From positions 20,026,001 to 20,090,000 of the forward strand of contig CM060733.1 of NCBI GenBank assembly GCA_030704615.1: a DNA stretch of 64,000 bases. The letters run 5' to 3'. Below are positions 21,025-34,002 of this stretch, in pieces. The notes beneath the pieces were generated by a model that saw nothing but the letters and a program-made list of their open reading frames with translations, was not told where the DNA came from and did not search any database. This DNA comes from Takakia lepidozioides. Lineage: Eukaryota > Plantae > Bryophyta. How positions within the stretch are numbered: position 1 is the stretch's first letter; the number at the start of each line of letters is the position of its first letter. A program made the position numbers and the translations under genes.

Positions 21025-21480
21025 ATACTACGTCCTGGTTCTTGACATCGGTTACCTTGGAGAGGATTACCTCCGAGATGGCCTGAGATCCCCTCCCGCA
21101 ACCCATCCTTGTGTATGCGCTAGAAAATTCAAGCTTGCAGTCCGAAATGGTTTGGACGACTTCCTGAAATGGGTCCTCAAGCATTTTAAGGTCTACTTTT
21201 GGAACACTGGACCATTAGAAAATGTCCTGGATATAGGGCTGGCTTTGTTTTGAAGAAGGTTTTACAAGATCAAGGAATTCAGCAATGAGGACTGCGTGAA
21301 GCATAGACAGTCTTTCAGTGACGAATGACCCAAATATCCGAAAGCGTCAATATATCTTAAACGTCTTTACGACATTATCACTGTAGACGACACTGTAGCG
21401 TACAGATCAAACACACTTCTCATCACTGTAGTAAATATGTATAAGTCCTACTTGAACCCAAAGTGGAAAAACCCATAGGA
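21025..21480 (+). pseudogene. Decayed FCP1/NIF-like HAD phosphatase domain, copy 1
   Basis: VLVLDI...VRNGLDDFLKWVLKHFKVYFW...YLKRL...NTLL...LNP pattern with stops. Confidence 0.55.
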
Positions 21481-21829
21481 TGTCGACCGTATAATGACCC
21501 AAAGGTCAAATGCCTTTTGCTATGGGATTTCCAGTGACAGGTTTATCTTAGAAAACAAAAATTTCCTTGGAACAGATTGAAACGTAGATGGCTGCTCTAG
21601 ATTTTCCTGAACCTTGACTGTCCAGTGGACGTTGCTCCCAATCTCAATCTTATCCATGGTTTATCTTGATTACCACCTAAGTGGATGCATGAATTTCTCA
21701 CAGATTGCAGCACCAGTTTCTCCACTTACGAAATGATTGCGCTTGATAATTTTTTACCTGAATGGAGTTTTGTGCAAAGTCTTGAAGCACCAAAAGAGCT
21801 ACAATGTCTCGGGCCGAATGTCCGAGACA

Positions 21830-22438
21830 GACTACAGGATACCAGCTCTTGTTGGATTTTGACTTGTCTATAGGCGGGAAAAATATCGTGAGATGTAGAC
21901 AGAGTTGAACAAACATTTCCATCTAGGAATATGGAGCTGCTTGATATACAAGAACTTGCAGCCTGTCCTGGATTTTATGCTTCGGGGTCTTCCTCAGCCG
22001 ACATTCGTTATGTCTCAAGAAGATTGTATCTCCTGTCCTACTTCTGTCCACCCTCAATTTATATCAGGATACGACCCACCGAGTCTATTCTTGAAACCAT
22101 TGATGACGGTCTGGCAAAGATTTGGTGGTTAATACAACAGGAGTAACACTCCACTCATTGACGATTCTGCTATTAAGTGTGTGTTGAACCCGCCTGAATC
22201 CTGTCTGATTCTAAAATCATTTGAATCCGTTGACACGGACTCTTGCTATCTCCAGAAGGTTCTCCAGAAATATTTGCTTGAAATGAAGAAATTTCGCTCT
22301 GTTTCCAGTTATCTCAGGGAAAAGATTATAGGACTTAAGCCTTATCAGAATGTTTCCACCGATCCCAAGTTTAAGCCTCTCTTGGATTATATTGATGATT
22401 CTAATCACGGGAATCTCCGATATGATGCTTCAAAATAA
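21830..22438 (+). pseudogene. Decayed FCP1/NIF-like HAD phosphatase domain, copy 2
   Basis: HFHLGIWS, FVMSQEDC, FLKPL, SNTPLIDDSAIKCVLNP motifs; internal stop. Confidence 0.7.
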
Positions 22439-24063
22439 AGATTTTATTGATCAACCACGTCTATGATGCAATCTATATTTTTGTTTGGTTTTTCTCTAGG
22501 TTGTATTGTAATTCTATATTGACTGTTGTCAACTGTGATTTCCGTTTCAATGTAAATTGACATGGAATTGTTTGCTATCTCCTAGTCTCATCCATGCGTT
22601 TCTCCATCCTATACCACCCCGATCCTCTGGGATGCAGGCCTTCTCCGAAACTCGTCTCGGGGGTTTTTTCAAATCCGGCAACCTCCACTGTGTAGTGAAG
22701 GTTATCCTGTGTCTGTACAATGACCATGTAAGTTCGATTGGGTAGGTTCATGGAGATGCTGCCGATGCCAACTTCTCGTCGGGACCTCCATTGGAATCCT
22801 CCATATTAGGAATTCGTCGACAGATTGACAACAGTCACAGTACTGTTGAGATTTCTGTCAATACGGTGAAACATCATCCAAACACTTGGCTTCCCTTCAA
22901 ATGCACGACCCTCTTCTTCAGTCCATTCCTGAAAATGATGTTCCGTTGCAGGATTGTTTAGGATTGAATGTCGAAGGTGGAACAACCTGACAAATGTGTA
23001 GGGGATTTCATGGACCTCACTCTACAATCATCCTCACTCTCTCTTTTAAGTGTCAAGGGTCTGAAATCTACCTCGAGAATGTCAGCCATTGATGATGCGG
23101 TTGAGACTGCGGCTCCGCAGCACACTGTTGTCTCTCTTCCCTCATTCTCTCCCCAGCACGAGGGTTGGACAACCCAAATCAGAAAGAGTCAGGTAAAATT
23201 ACTTATATTTGAATTCTAACTTGTCATTTTGTTTTCCTTAGTACTGGATCTGATGTTCTTGTTTTACTCCAGGCCAGAAAATCTGTGGATTATGACCATC
23301 CTGTCAAATGACGTCTTCATTGGAAATCTGTTCCGAGGTAATCCCTTCGTTACGTGTGAATTTCATTCAGGATTTGGAGTGCTCAAGGAAAAATTTCCAT
23401 TCCGTTCCCCTTCTCCGCAACCCTTTGGACGAGGACAAAGACGAAACTTCAATTGCAACTTCTCGGCTTCCCGACCCTGCAGTTCTACACCGAGGAAGCG
23501 GAATAGGGCCCCCAAACCATTTCCATCTCTTCTACAAATCGGTTCCACCGGAGAGAAGTCTGTCTTCAGAGACAAAGCAGACTCGAGGAAGAAAATGAAT
23601 ACCTCGGACATACCGGGGTCTCGTCAAAACACGTCCTTTGGGATCCTAAGTCCGCAAGCGAGACTTTCCAATAAGGCGACATCGATATTATTCGATATCA
23701 TTTCTCCACTTTCTTCTCTTTTCTGTTCGTTTGGTTCTGCACGAATTAACTCCATCTTTTCTCAACAGGCGGGGATGCAGCACGATACCTTCATCAATTT
23801 CGCTCCGTACAGGGTACTTTCTTGAACCACCACTTGGCAGTCGACGTTCCTCTTCTTAGCAATATTAACCCTCATCTTGAAACATTCGAAGCCCACAACA
23901 TGTACAAGATTTTGCCTCTTTTTGCACAATCGTGTTGATCTTCCATACACTCAATCATTCTGGGTCATGGGTATTTTCATGGAAGAAACACTAATGTCAG
24001 TGTGTGATTAAATTCCTCATGATAACTTTGTCTCTCATCCTAAGTTACATGCAACAGCGGGGA

Positions 24064-24683
24064 AAAGGAAACGGATGTTGTTAATTTTGAGTGTCAACGG
24101 ACTCCTCTGCTACCGGCCACCCCCAACTGACGGTGAACTGTTTAAGGAGAAATTTCGTTTCAGGAATGTGTGACTTCAAGTTCCTGACAGACCGTTTGTG
24201 GTGCCTCGGCCTGGAGTTTTGGAGTTTTCAGACCTTGCATTGAAGCATTTTCAAGTGGCCATTTGATCATGCGCTGATAGAGGTGTTCTTTGTAGGATGT
24301 TGGAGAGCTTCGTCCCCACGAAAATAACGAAGAAGTTTTGCTTCATATGGTCTGCAGAGGATTGCAAGGATACCACCGGTTATATCAGGCCTGGGATGAA
24401 ATATCTCGTGAAGGATATTCGAAGTGTTATTGCCAAGTACCCTGGTAGACCGTTTGCTACGCAGGGGAAAATACTTCTTGTAGATGATGAGCCATCAAAT
24501 GGCCTTCGAAACCCACAAAATACTGGATTCTTCCTTTTTTCATTCAAGCCTTCACCAAACGGCTTGCGTGGCCGGGATGATATGACAAATGCAGTGTGGC
24601 CATATGAGATGGCTGGAGCTTCAACAGTCGTTGATTACATTAGCGAGAACCAGACAAAGTATTTTCATAAGCCTATTGGTTGA
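24064..24683 (+). pseudogene. Decayed FCP1/NIF-like HAD phosphatase domain, copy 3
   Basis: LLILSVNGLL, PRPGVLEF, FQVAI*S, FIWSAEDC, VKDI, LLVDDEP...NP motifs. Confidence 0.72.
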
Positions 24684-26514
24684 GACCATGTCTGCTGGGC
24701 TTGGTATGGAAGATATCTTGATCCTCGTGTTTGGATCCCACAACAAAAGGAACCTGATTACCTTGGTAGGCACGTGGATCCCACTGTTCTGTTGTTTGTT
24801 CAGAATTTGATGTCCAATTCTTTTGCATTTGCATTTGTACTCTTACCTCAACAAATCCATATGCAAAACCTCCACTTTGGGCCTAACATTTGTTATTTCA
24901 ACCGCGTGTCCCCAATTACATTCAAGGAACGAATTCTAAAAGATGAACAAGAGCTGCGTGATTGGGAAGAATGGCGGGCGTGCCGGGAGGCTTCAAAGGC
25001 ATCAAGTAGAGTTGGGAGTAACATTTCAGATGACAATGTCAGCTGGTTTCACCTTCCTGATAGTATCTCCGTTTTCTCTGGTGCGGAGACCGTTGCAAGT
25101 GGCTGTGGTAACTGGAGGCGTCTTCGGACACATGCCTTGACTGCGAGCCGTTTGGGAGGAGGCTCAGTATTATTAATGAGTTAGTATAAGCCGTAACGGT
25201 TCTATGGCTTCAAAATCTATGGCTAGTATGACATTAAGTCCATGAACGGATGGCCAGTTGACGTTCATTTTTCTGTTGGTCCATCGCCTTGAAAGATATA
25301 ATCTCAAATAAAATATGAATGTTTCATATCATCAATCAGTTCCCACAAACTCGTTTTCCCATGTTATCCTCTTCATCACATGCCGTCATTGTTTCATATT
25401 TGGTTTTGCCATTGTTCCATGTTTGTTTGTGTATGTCATTTTGGATATCGGAGCTCTCATCATTGTTTGATTCATTGCATCCTCCCATTCCTTTTAATGA
25501 ACGTCAACTTGGTAGTGGATGTTATTCTAAGACCACAATACATACTTGTATTTCTGCATAGAATGTGTGGATGATTATATAATTCGTTGTTATATAGTGC
25601 ACAAATAGCCAAATAATTATAGATATATCTCTTTATTTCTATTATAGATTATATTTATTTATATATCTTATATTATTTCTGGACCAAACAAAAGTCCAGA
25701 ATTAGTTAAAATAGTGTTAGGTTCTTGATTACTAGTTATTCACTATTTGCTATGTAGAGTTTGTGTCATGTATGTCTCCTTTTTAGTGAACTTGCAACCA
25801 CTACAATTAACACCTACGAGGTATTCTTTACTTCCATCTTGTTGTTCGCTGATTTCAAGTTGGGGCAAGGAAAATTGTGAGCTTTGTTTTGCGAGCAGGT
25901 CAAATTCTTACCCTCGAGTTCTCCTATATTTTGGGAATCTGCCAAGTCCAGAAAATTTAGACCGCTTTTAATGAGCTCTAGGAGAGGAAAACTTCAATTT
26001 TTGTGACCGATGTCCTTTATGGTTGGGAAGAGAGTTCCTTTATAAGACAATTACTTATGTGGAAAACAATAAGGAATAATGTAAGAACTGAATACAAGTC
26101 AGGTGTGGGTCTCCAGCAGGGTGGACTCCTACTACAGGGGCTCCCCATCAACTCATCCCCACCCCCTTTTCACATTATTAAAGATTTTAGAATGCTAATG
26201 GTTGTTGTGTGGCGGCGAGTACTCTCTCATTAGGCCATATTGGTAGCTAACTTTCGATTCTTGTTGGATTGTTATGTCATCTCAACTTGTCTCACTTCAG
26301 TCCATGGCACCCCGCTCCGTGTCCCTCCGCTCTCTTTGCGATTTTGTCAAATTTTGTGACACTAGTGTCACTCCAGCAATGTCACCCCATCCTATCTCAC
26401 TCTAGTGTTGGTGTCACTCCAATCTGTCACTCTTGAGAGTGGGTGAGGATGATTTTACAGGAATAAAAACTGCCTATCGGCTATCTGAGCTTGCACGCTT
26501 GCATTAAGTTCATA

Positions 26515-26713
26515 CCGTAGTACCTTGGCAAGTTCGACACAAATTTTAATATTTGAAAGACTGTTGAAAATTCTGGAAATTAGTTTTATGAAATTAAATA
26601 ATTTCGTGAATGATAATAGAGTATCTTTGGGAATATTGTATATTTCGAAATGGAATTCTTAAAATAAAATAAATATTCTACAGAAGAGTGTTGAACTTGC
26701 CAAGGTACTAGGG
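26515..26713. mobile_element. MITE, 199 bp, Tc1/mariner (Stowaway)-like
   Basis: 26-bp TIRs CC(G/C)TAGTACCTTGGCAAGTTC(G/A)ACAC flanked by TA on both sides. Confidence 0.85.
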
Positions 26714-27187
26714 TACATCATTTGCCATAACCACACATAATCAAAGAGTTTGGCAGCTACCAAAACTTCTTTTATGATGACATCCTACGTCTAGATGGTT
26801 CAACCTGAAGCTGCCTCATGGAAAACAACCCAATGATGGAAATCCTGGATAGGGTCAAATTCTATGAAATGCATAAGACACAGTATGGCCAAATGCCGTG
26901 CGGGGTTCAATGCACATGTGGGTGCACATGACACGGAAGCAAACCATGTCACCCTCAATACCCAGCACCACACTGACCAAATCCTGCATCCTTTTTAGTC
27001 TGAAAATCGGATGTCAACATGTCAGACTTGCTCCCACAAAACAAGCAACCAACCAACCAACTGTTCTCTAGCATCTGTATACTAATTTGTATTGGCAGCC
27101 AAATTGCAAAAGCGATCGAGTACGGAGATTAGGGTTAACAACAAAGACGGGCACTGAAGCAGCCGTCCAGACCCTGCCCGCACACTT

Positions 27188-27403
27188 CACGTGGCAGCGC
27201 GCTCCGCCACGTGGACTGAATCGTGGCAGCCGCAGCGCCCATGTCAGCGACGCTGCGTAACAGCAATTGCAACGTCGCGGCTGCGACCTCCGATAACCGG
27301 TTACCATATTTCACACTTGCCCATATTACGGAGGCCCACATATGTGAACCGGCTGTCACCAGTCGGGGAGTGACACACAGCTGGCCTGCTGGAGGGTATA
27401 TAA
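27188..27403 (+). promoter_or_regulatory. Em copy 1 promoter: ABRE/G-boxes and TATA box
   Basis: CACGTGGC 27188-27195, GCCACGTGG 27206-27214, TATATAA 27397-27403; ABREs are typical of Em promoters. Confidence 0.7.
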
Positions 27404-27857
27404 CGGCTAGAGCCGCCATCAACTGCAGCACACCACACTCTTCCTGTACTAGTGCTTTCTGTCTGAAGAGAGAGTGTATCTGTGTTGTACAGGTGCGGGC
27501 CTTTTGATCGAGTTCAGAGCTAAACCGAAGGTGAGTGCGTGTTGCAGGACTGCATTGTCGTTGTCACTACTTGAGCTCTCAGAGTGTCTGGAATGTCTCG
27601 GCTACGACCTAATGTACTTCAGTGTCAGCACGTTTTCCTTGTGAGCCCAACGAGCTGTAATGTTCAGTTGAAAGTGGTTGGGTAGATTGTATGAGGTACT
27701 TGAGAGTGAGGGTGAGAGTGAGAGTGAGCTACCCTCTGGCGATCACCCGCGCGAGGGTGTCACCATATTACATGATTTTGTTCTCTATCGATTTGGTTGG
27801 ACATTAAACCTCCAGTGCATACTGTGCGCAGGGAAAGAGAAGCTAAGCGGAAAGACA

Positions 27858-28429
27858 ATGTCATCTAAGGCGGATAGGAGCGAGCTCGACGCCAGGGCTC
27901 ACGCCGGCGAAACTGTGGTGGAGGGAGGTACCGGTGGTTTGAGTGTGGACGCCCAGGAGCATTTGGCTGAGGGTATAAGCATTTCGTATATAAGATTACG
28001 ATTCCTGAATTTTCTGGAACTGAAATTAGGATTGATGAACCTCATCTAGTCCGCCACTGGGGTTGTGATCCGAAAATTTAAGAACCGGTTAGATAGAAGT
28101 GAGGGTTTTTTCCGAGTGATGAATACTTGCACTGTCTTTGTTTCTCGTACTATGTAGGTGAATTGTTGTCGAGTCTTGTCGATGTTTCTGATTCCCTAGA
28201 TAAATTCCTATCGGAAGTACGAATTCACCCAGATTTGTTGTATAGCAATTTTTTTACATATGCAGGTCGTAGTAAGGGAGGAAAAACTCGATCTGAGCAG
28301 CTGGGGAAGGAAGGTTACCAGGAAATGGGTCGCAAGGGTGGGCTTGCAACGAACGAGCAGTCTGGAGGAGAAGCTGCTGAAGAAAAGGGAATTTAAATCG
28401 ATGAATCGAAGTTCAAGAATGACGTGTAG
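27858..28429 (+). pseudogene. Em-like group 1 LEA (LEA_5) gene, copy 1, with premature stop
   Basis: Exons 27858-27972 and 28266-28429 with a GT-AG intron; [33 protein letters not shown] at 28394-28396 removes the last 11 residues relative to copy 2. Confidence 0.9.
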
Positions 28430-29875
28430 TATCATAGTATGATACCAGTGATCACAATTGCCTACGGATTTTTTAGTTGGATTTGTACATAGTTGGCAAT
28501 GAGATCATGTTCTACTGCAATCTTCCGAAAGCGTGCAACAGCTGGAGAAGCTGGTGAATGCAAGTCGTAAAATGCTTGGAAGTATATTTGCACATGTACG
28601 CACGCAAACTTGTGCTGTATACTCCTGAAAAACTTATTCTGTATGTTTTAGAATGAAGCATCAAACGGATTGAGTGTGTATATCTTGTCATTTTCGATAA
28701 ATGTTAAACTCTGTTTAATCTGAAAACTGGCTACAGTATTAAAAAGGTAAAATCAGATAAATGCACCAAACGCTTTATAGACAGAAGTACATAAATATGA
28801 TGTACAGACTGCTCGAACGTCTAGTATGATACTCACTCATGGTGCAGTTTTTGGGCGGTAAATCTTTGCCTGGAACTGTAATGACAGTAGTGTGCAAACA
28901 TTGGTAAGACCGTACAGAGAATAGCAAATGTCTGTAAAACTCCTTTGTAAAAACCTGAACTCTAGGTATAGCGGACTTTGACGTTAGTTCCATTTACTTG
29001 CTTCTGACTAGAATGTACACCAGAAATATGATAGTGTATAGTGTAGTTGAAAAGTCAACAGAACCATCTGTAAAAGTCCCGCGTCTTCGAGCTGATTCTG
29101 AATGCTTCAGTTTTCGCCGCCCCCAAAGCTCCAGGTTTATGTTGTCCACGGCACTGCTCTTGAAACCCAAGCGTTTTTGCAGTCCGATAGTTGCAGGAAC
29201 TGACTTATTGATAATTGAGAACTCTTTAAACGTAGAAGGTGAGCGTTTCGCAGGTCTTATTTGGTATCAATGAGGCCTACTTTTTAATTCCATCTCCTAG
29301 TTGGATATGGCTGGGGTGGTGCGACAGAGACCTTAGTAAGATGGTATGATTGAATATAGTGAAAGGCCACAAAACAAATAAGTTACCTCCCACGCAATAG
29401 TCTGCTTCTAAATAGCCCTTTCGTAAATATAGTGACATCCCCAACCGTCACTGGATCGCTCGTCCCAGGATAACAGCCCTTGACCCGAGGCACTATTGTA
29501 ATCCGGAAAGGGACAAGGGTCTGAGCTTTCCTTTACGTACAAGTAAAGTTCTTACCCTCTAGCCCTCCTATAATTGGAGAGCTACTACTCTGAAATCGAG
29601 AAATGTTTTACGTCTAAGAACTCTCTTTTCAAAGTTCCCTTTAACTGCTTTTAACAGTGAGATCTGGGAGAAGGAAACTGCAATCTTCCAAATATGGTTG
29701 AAAGTAGTTTTGTATCCCTGCACCTTTCATAAGTAAAAGTTTGTGTGTTTTACGACCAAAACAAAAAACAAAACTAACAAAGACAAACTGTGTCTACCAC
29801 AATCATTGCTGTGAAACCCGCCAGACAACATCTGTAGCTACTGATCTGTTAGACTACTATGCTTGCAAAGAGATG

Positions 29876-32800
29876 TTAAATGGAGATGCCCGACTCTAGT
29901 TCATTCACATATGCCTTTAAATTCCTGTTGGAGGATCCTCCATCAGCAAAGGCTGTCCATGCCAGCTCTGCCACAGCTTTCATCCTGCTTCTGATGACCA
30001 GTCCTTCATCCTCTCTCATCAGAACCCTCACTGCCCTCTCAATTTCTGCCTTCTCATACAACCCACTCTCCCCCTGTTGCATCTCCATTCCTAGTTTTGC
30101 TGTATCCACAACAAATCTGCAGCACAGGAAAGTGTACCATCAATCCTGTCAACAAATATAACCTTTGTTCTTTCAATTGATGCACCAAGTACTGGGTTTC
30201 ATACTTGACAATGGTCTACGGGTGGGTCTACTCTCTTCGACACCATCAATTCCTATCCCAAAATTGCATTCCTACTTGAGATTCATATCCGCTCCCCTCT
30301 GGGAAATAGGGTATGTGCATTTACTCTGATCACATTCAGAGAAGTTGGGAAAAATTTGTGAAATAGCAAACACTCCAGCCGGGGTTCATTCCCCAATCAT
30401 GTCACATCAAATCCCACCTACATTAGCCCAGCAGCCAGTGGGCATGACTCTATCCATCCCTTGTTTCCTGCAGGGAAGGTGACGACCAAAAAAAGACAAA
30501 CAGTGTCTAGCACAATCATTGTTGTAAAACCCGCTGAACAATGTCTGCTACTATCTGCTCAACCAAACCAATTTGAGTTCAGAATAAGCTATTAATTATA
30601 ACACTACAATTGATATGCTTGTAGGAATTGCTAGTCCCTAACAACGACCAAGATAACCAACCATGCTTCTGACATGTCAACAAAAGGGACACCCACAAGT
30701 TCAAACCTTTGCCTGACCAAAATCTTAGGAGGCCAAGTCTTCCCCTTTCCTCTGCATCCATAAAATGTAGGGGAATTCTGACTTACCTGTTTTCAACATG
30801 GAAGGCTGGCTACAAGTGGTAGGGGAAGCATTATTACAAACATTTCTTTCTTTCTTCTGCTTTCCTCTACAAGTTCCCATCCCACAGTTGACCTAATGTG
30901 CTATACCAAGCACCCTCTCTCCACTCTCTTGGAAGCCGTCAGCCATAGGATCCAAAGTTATTTTTGTACTTTATCCCACAGGCCCTCTGGGTGTCCCTTG
31001 GATGTCTTAGATTTCTCTTAATTGGAAGGTAATGTGCATTCCTCATTCTAGGTTACTGAAACAAACCAGAAAATTTGAAGCTTTGGCCAAGAGGCACAAG
31101 AATCTAACCTGGCATTCATATGCTGCTCTGCCTTCAGTGGCCATGTGAGCAGTGGGACACCTGCACAGATACTTTCCAGTGTAGAATTCCAGCCACAGTG
31201 TGTAAGGAAGCCACCAACGGCTGGGTGGCTAAGAATTTGCTGCTGGGGTGCCCAACCAGAGTAAATTAAACCGTGGTCCTTCACACGCTCCTCAAAACCT
31301 GGAGTGCAGGCCAATCCCTCATGAGCTAATCCATGTCCTACTAAGAAACACCTGCCACTTAAATCCTGGCTAACTAACCTACCATGCACCAGTAGACTAT
31401 TATATCCATCAAACCAACGCTTTCACTTCATGGTTGGTAGTCACCCTGTGTCGATGCAGACTAGACTAGTCATTACTGGCATCCTCAAAAGCAGCAGGAA
31501 CCATTGTCATCCTTCCCCAAGAGGAGCACTGTCAATGTGTATACAATGACCAAGGGATTGTCCCACTCGGTACATCAATGGGAGCATTTCTTCAAAGTGT
31601 AACTGGTACTTGAAGCTTCTATGATATGCTAACATGTGAATGTTCTGTCCCTGTTTGTGACTTAGAAGTTTGTTAGATGTAAAATCCCAAGTCGTTGTCC
31701 AGGATTATGGGCCAATTCTTACCTGGAGGGAGCAATTCAGAGACCGACGGCGGCAACTCTGAAGCCGAGTTGGGTGCTGCTTTGGGGGGCCATAGTATCC
31801 ACAAGAAAGGTTGCTCGCTAGCCTCAAGCCCCTGTGCCATCTCAAGGATTTGTGGTCCTGTCAAAGCTCCTGGCTCACTTCCAAATGAAATGTACACAAC
31901 TGAAGAAGGAATTTGTGTGTTTAACCATAGCAAACATGGGTCACTCTGAGTTTTCTCTCCTCGTACAATGTCCAGATCGAACTTTGTGTGGCTTTGGAAG
32001 GCTTGCTGTTCCGTAAGAAGCAATGGACCAATGGGTGAAACAGATCGAACCTGCAAATAGCACCTGCAACTTAGAATTAATAAACAAAGTAGCCTGTCCG
32101 CCAGGATGGAGCATCCAACATGAGAAGAACAAGAACCTTTCATTCCACATGTACCAAGCAATGTGACAATTGAGCATTATGAAATGTTTTTGTTCTTATC
32201 AACACAGGATGGTGTTGTTCTCGAACTTGTAAGTGGAGATATTCAGTCATCTCTAGGCAATGTTCTAACAATGTCAAATCAAGCTTACTGAGGGACAGTC
32301 ATGATAATTCCTGGCAATCTCTTTTGGAGAGACACCCCTGCATCTGAGAGCCTGCTGCCGGCAGATCGACACCCTCAATGTGTGTGATGCCACTGCGGCC
32401 AAATAAACATTGCAGCTAAACCCCATTGGCCAATGTGGCATGTTTGGCCAGGAATCATGGGTACCATGAAATATTTTTCTCAGGATTTGCTCCAGCTAGA
32501 AACATGGGTACCCACAATCCAATTCTCCCCGACATCCACATGTGAACAATAGTATTTCGAAATATTGCCCTGAAGGCAATCACAATCATGTGCAAGCAAC
32601 ACACTTAAAAAGCCAAAATCCACAACCAAGGAAAGTGACTGACCTTCACACTCGGTGTGCCAATGAATTGGGTCTGCAGGGCATCAAACACCCTACCTTC
32701 GAGCTCATGAAAAGTGTTGATTAGCAACACTGAAACCTGTGTGAGAGGTAAAAGATGGCGACTAAAAAAGTTGAACAAGGGGTCATCGTTCCCGGAACCC

Positions 32801-34002
32801 AAACCCCTTGGAACATCCGATGGGCTCAGTGGTGGCAGGCCAGGAATGCACGAAATGGGCGTGGACTGATTGCTGGGAGGTAATAGGCCTTCATCTAAGA
32901 GCCTTTTGAGCTGCCATCACATTCGCACTTCTGTCATTTACTGAAAAAGAAAACGTTATATTCTGCATGCTAAACATCCTTATATACTCTTGCACTGCCC
33001 GTGAAGAGCCTGTCTAGAGAGTTACTAATAGCTACAGAAGATGCCATGTTTGCAATATTATGGCAGGCCAAACTGTAAGCTGCTTTGCACTACCCGTGGA
33101 CAATACAAGAGATTTGTTGATTTGTTTCGTCTCTCTCCCTTCCCTCTCATCCCCGGTAGCAATTCCTTTCACAAGAAAATGTCAAGTCTCTAGGAATTTG
33201 ACTAGGATATACCCCATTCCCGCTAAGTTTCGTTCTCCTTTTCGTTCTCCTTTACTAGTATTGAACCGGTCATTCTCAGAACAGTGTGAAAACATGTTTC
33301 GGTGCCAACGTTGCCCTGGACCGATAAAGCACCATTTCTTCATCATGTTAAAGTTTCCTTCCCTGTGGCACCACGTCTGTCAAGTTTTTGTTCAGCTCTC
33401 GAGAGCAGACGTCTACTCCCCATTTGGATCATTCAGATCGAGATTATTAGATTTCAAGAGAGCTAGAAGCGAATGCACACCTGGAACGCAAAGGATAAAA
33501 ATGCCGCTGGCGAGGTAAATAGGACATGACTTTCAATGCCGAGCTTTTCGGCTACCTTTACAGTCCAACCCAAAACGAACATATCTGATAGAATGCAGCA
33601 AGGCTTGCCAGCTGGTGGTGCTGACCGCTGATTTAGCTTGAAGCTCCCTGTGAGGCCACCTTCCATCATATTCACTAACACAGCCTCCAGGAGCTTTTCC
33701 ATTATTGCTTCCTCCACCTTCTTTGCTTCCAGATGAAGCATGGAGGCCAGAGGGCCCGTTATGCCGTCTTGCAGGCTCACAAATCGCAGGTCTGGGCCGT
33801 CATATGTGGAGTCTGCACTTCCATGGTTTTCCTGAATGAGTTTTGCAATATGATTGTCTGTGCTCACATAGCTGGTGGTAATTCCGGATGTGGATAGCAG
33901 CTTGGCGAACTGTAAGAAGGGAATAGAGTGTCCAGAGCGGGGGCTAGGGACTATGACTACATGTGGGCGGGGTTTGCCATTCGGAGCCGACATAGTGGCC
34001 AT
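29876..34002 (-). CDS. Family 1 UDP-glycosyltransferase, 5 exons, about 515 aa
   Basis: Exons 33481-34002, 32644-32910, 31723-32050, 31109-31298 and 29876-30116 join in frame with GT-AG introns; N-terminal GH catalytic His; PSPG box WAPQ...HCGWNS...EQ. Confidence 0.93.
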
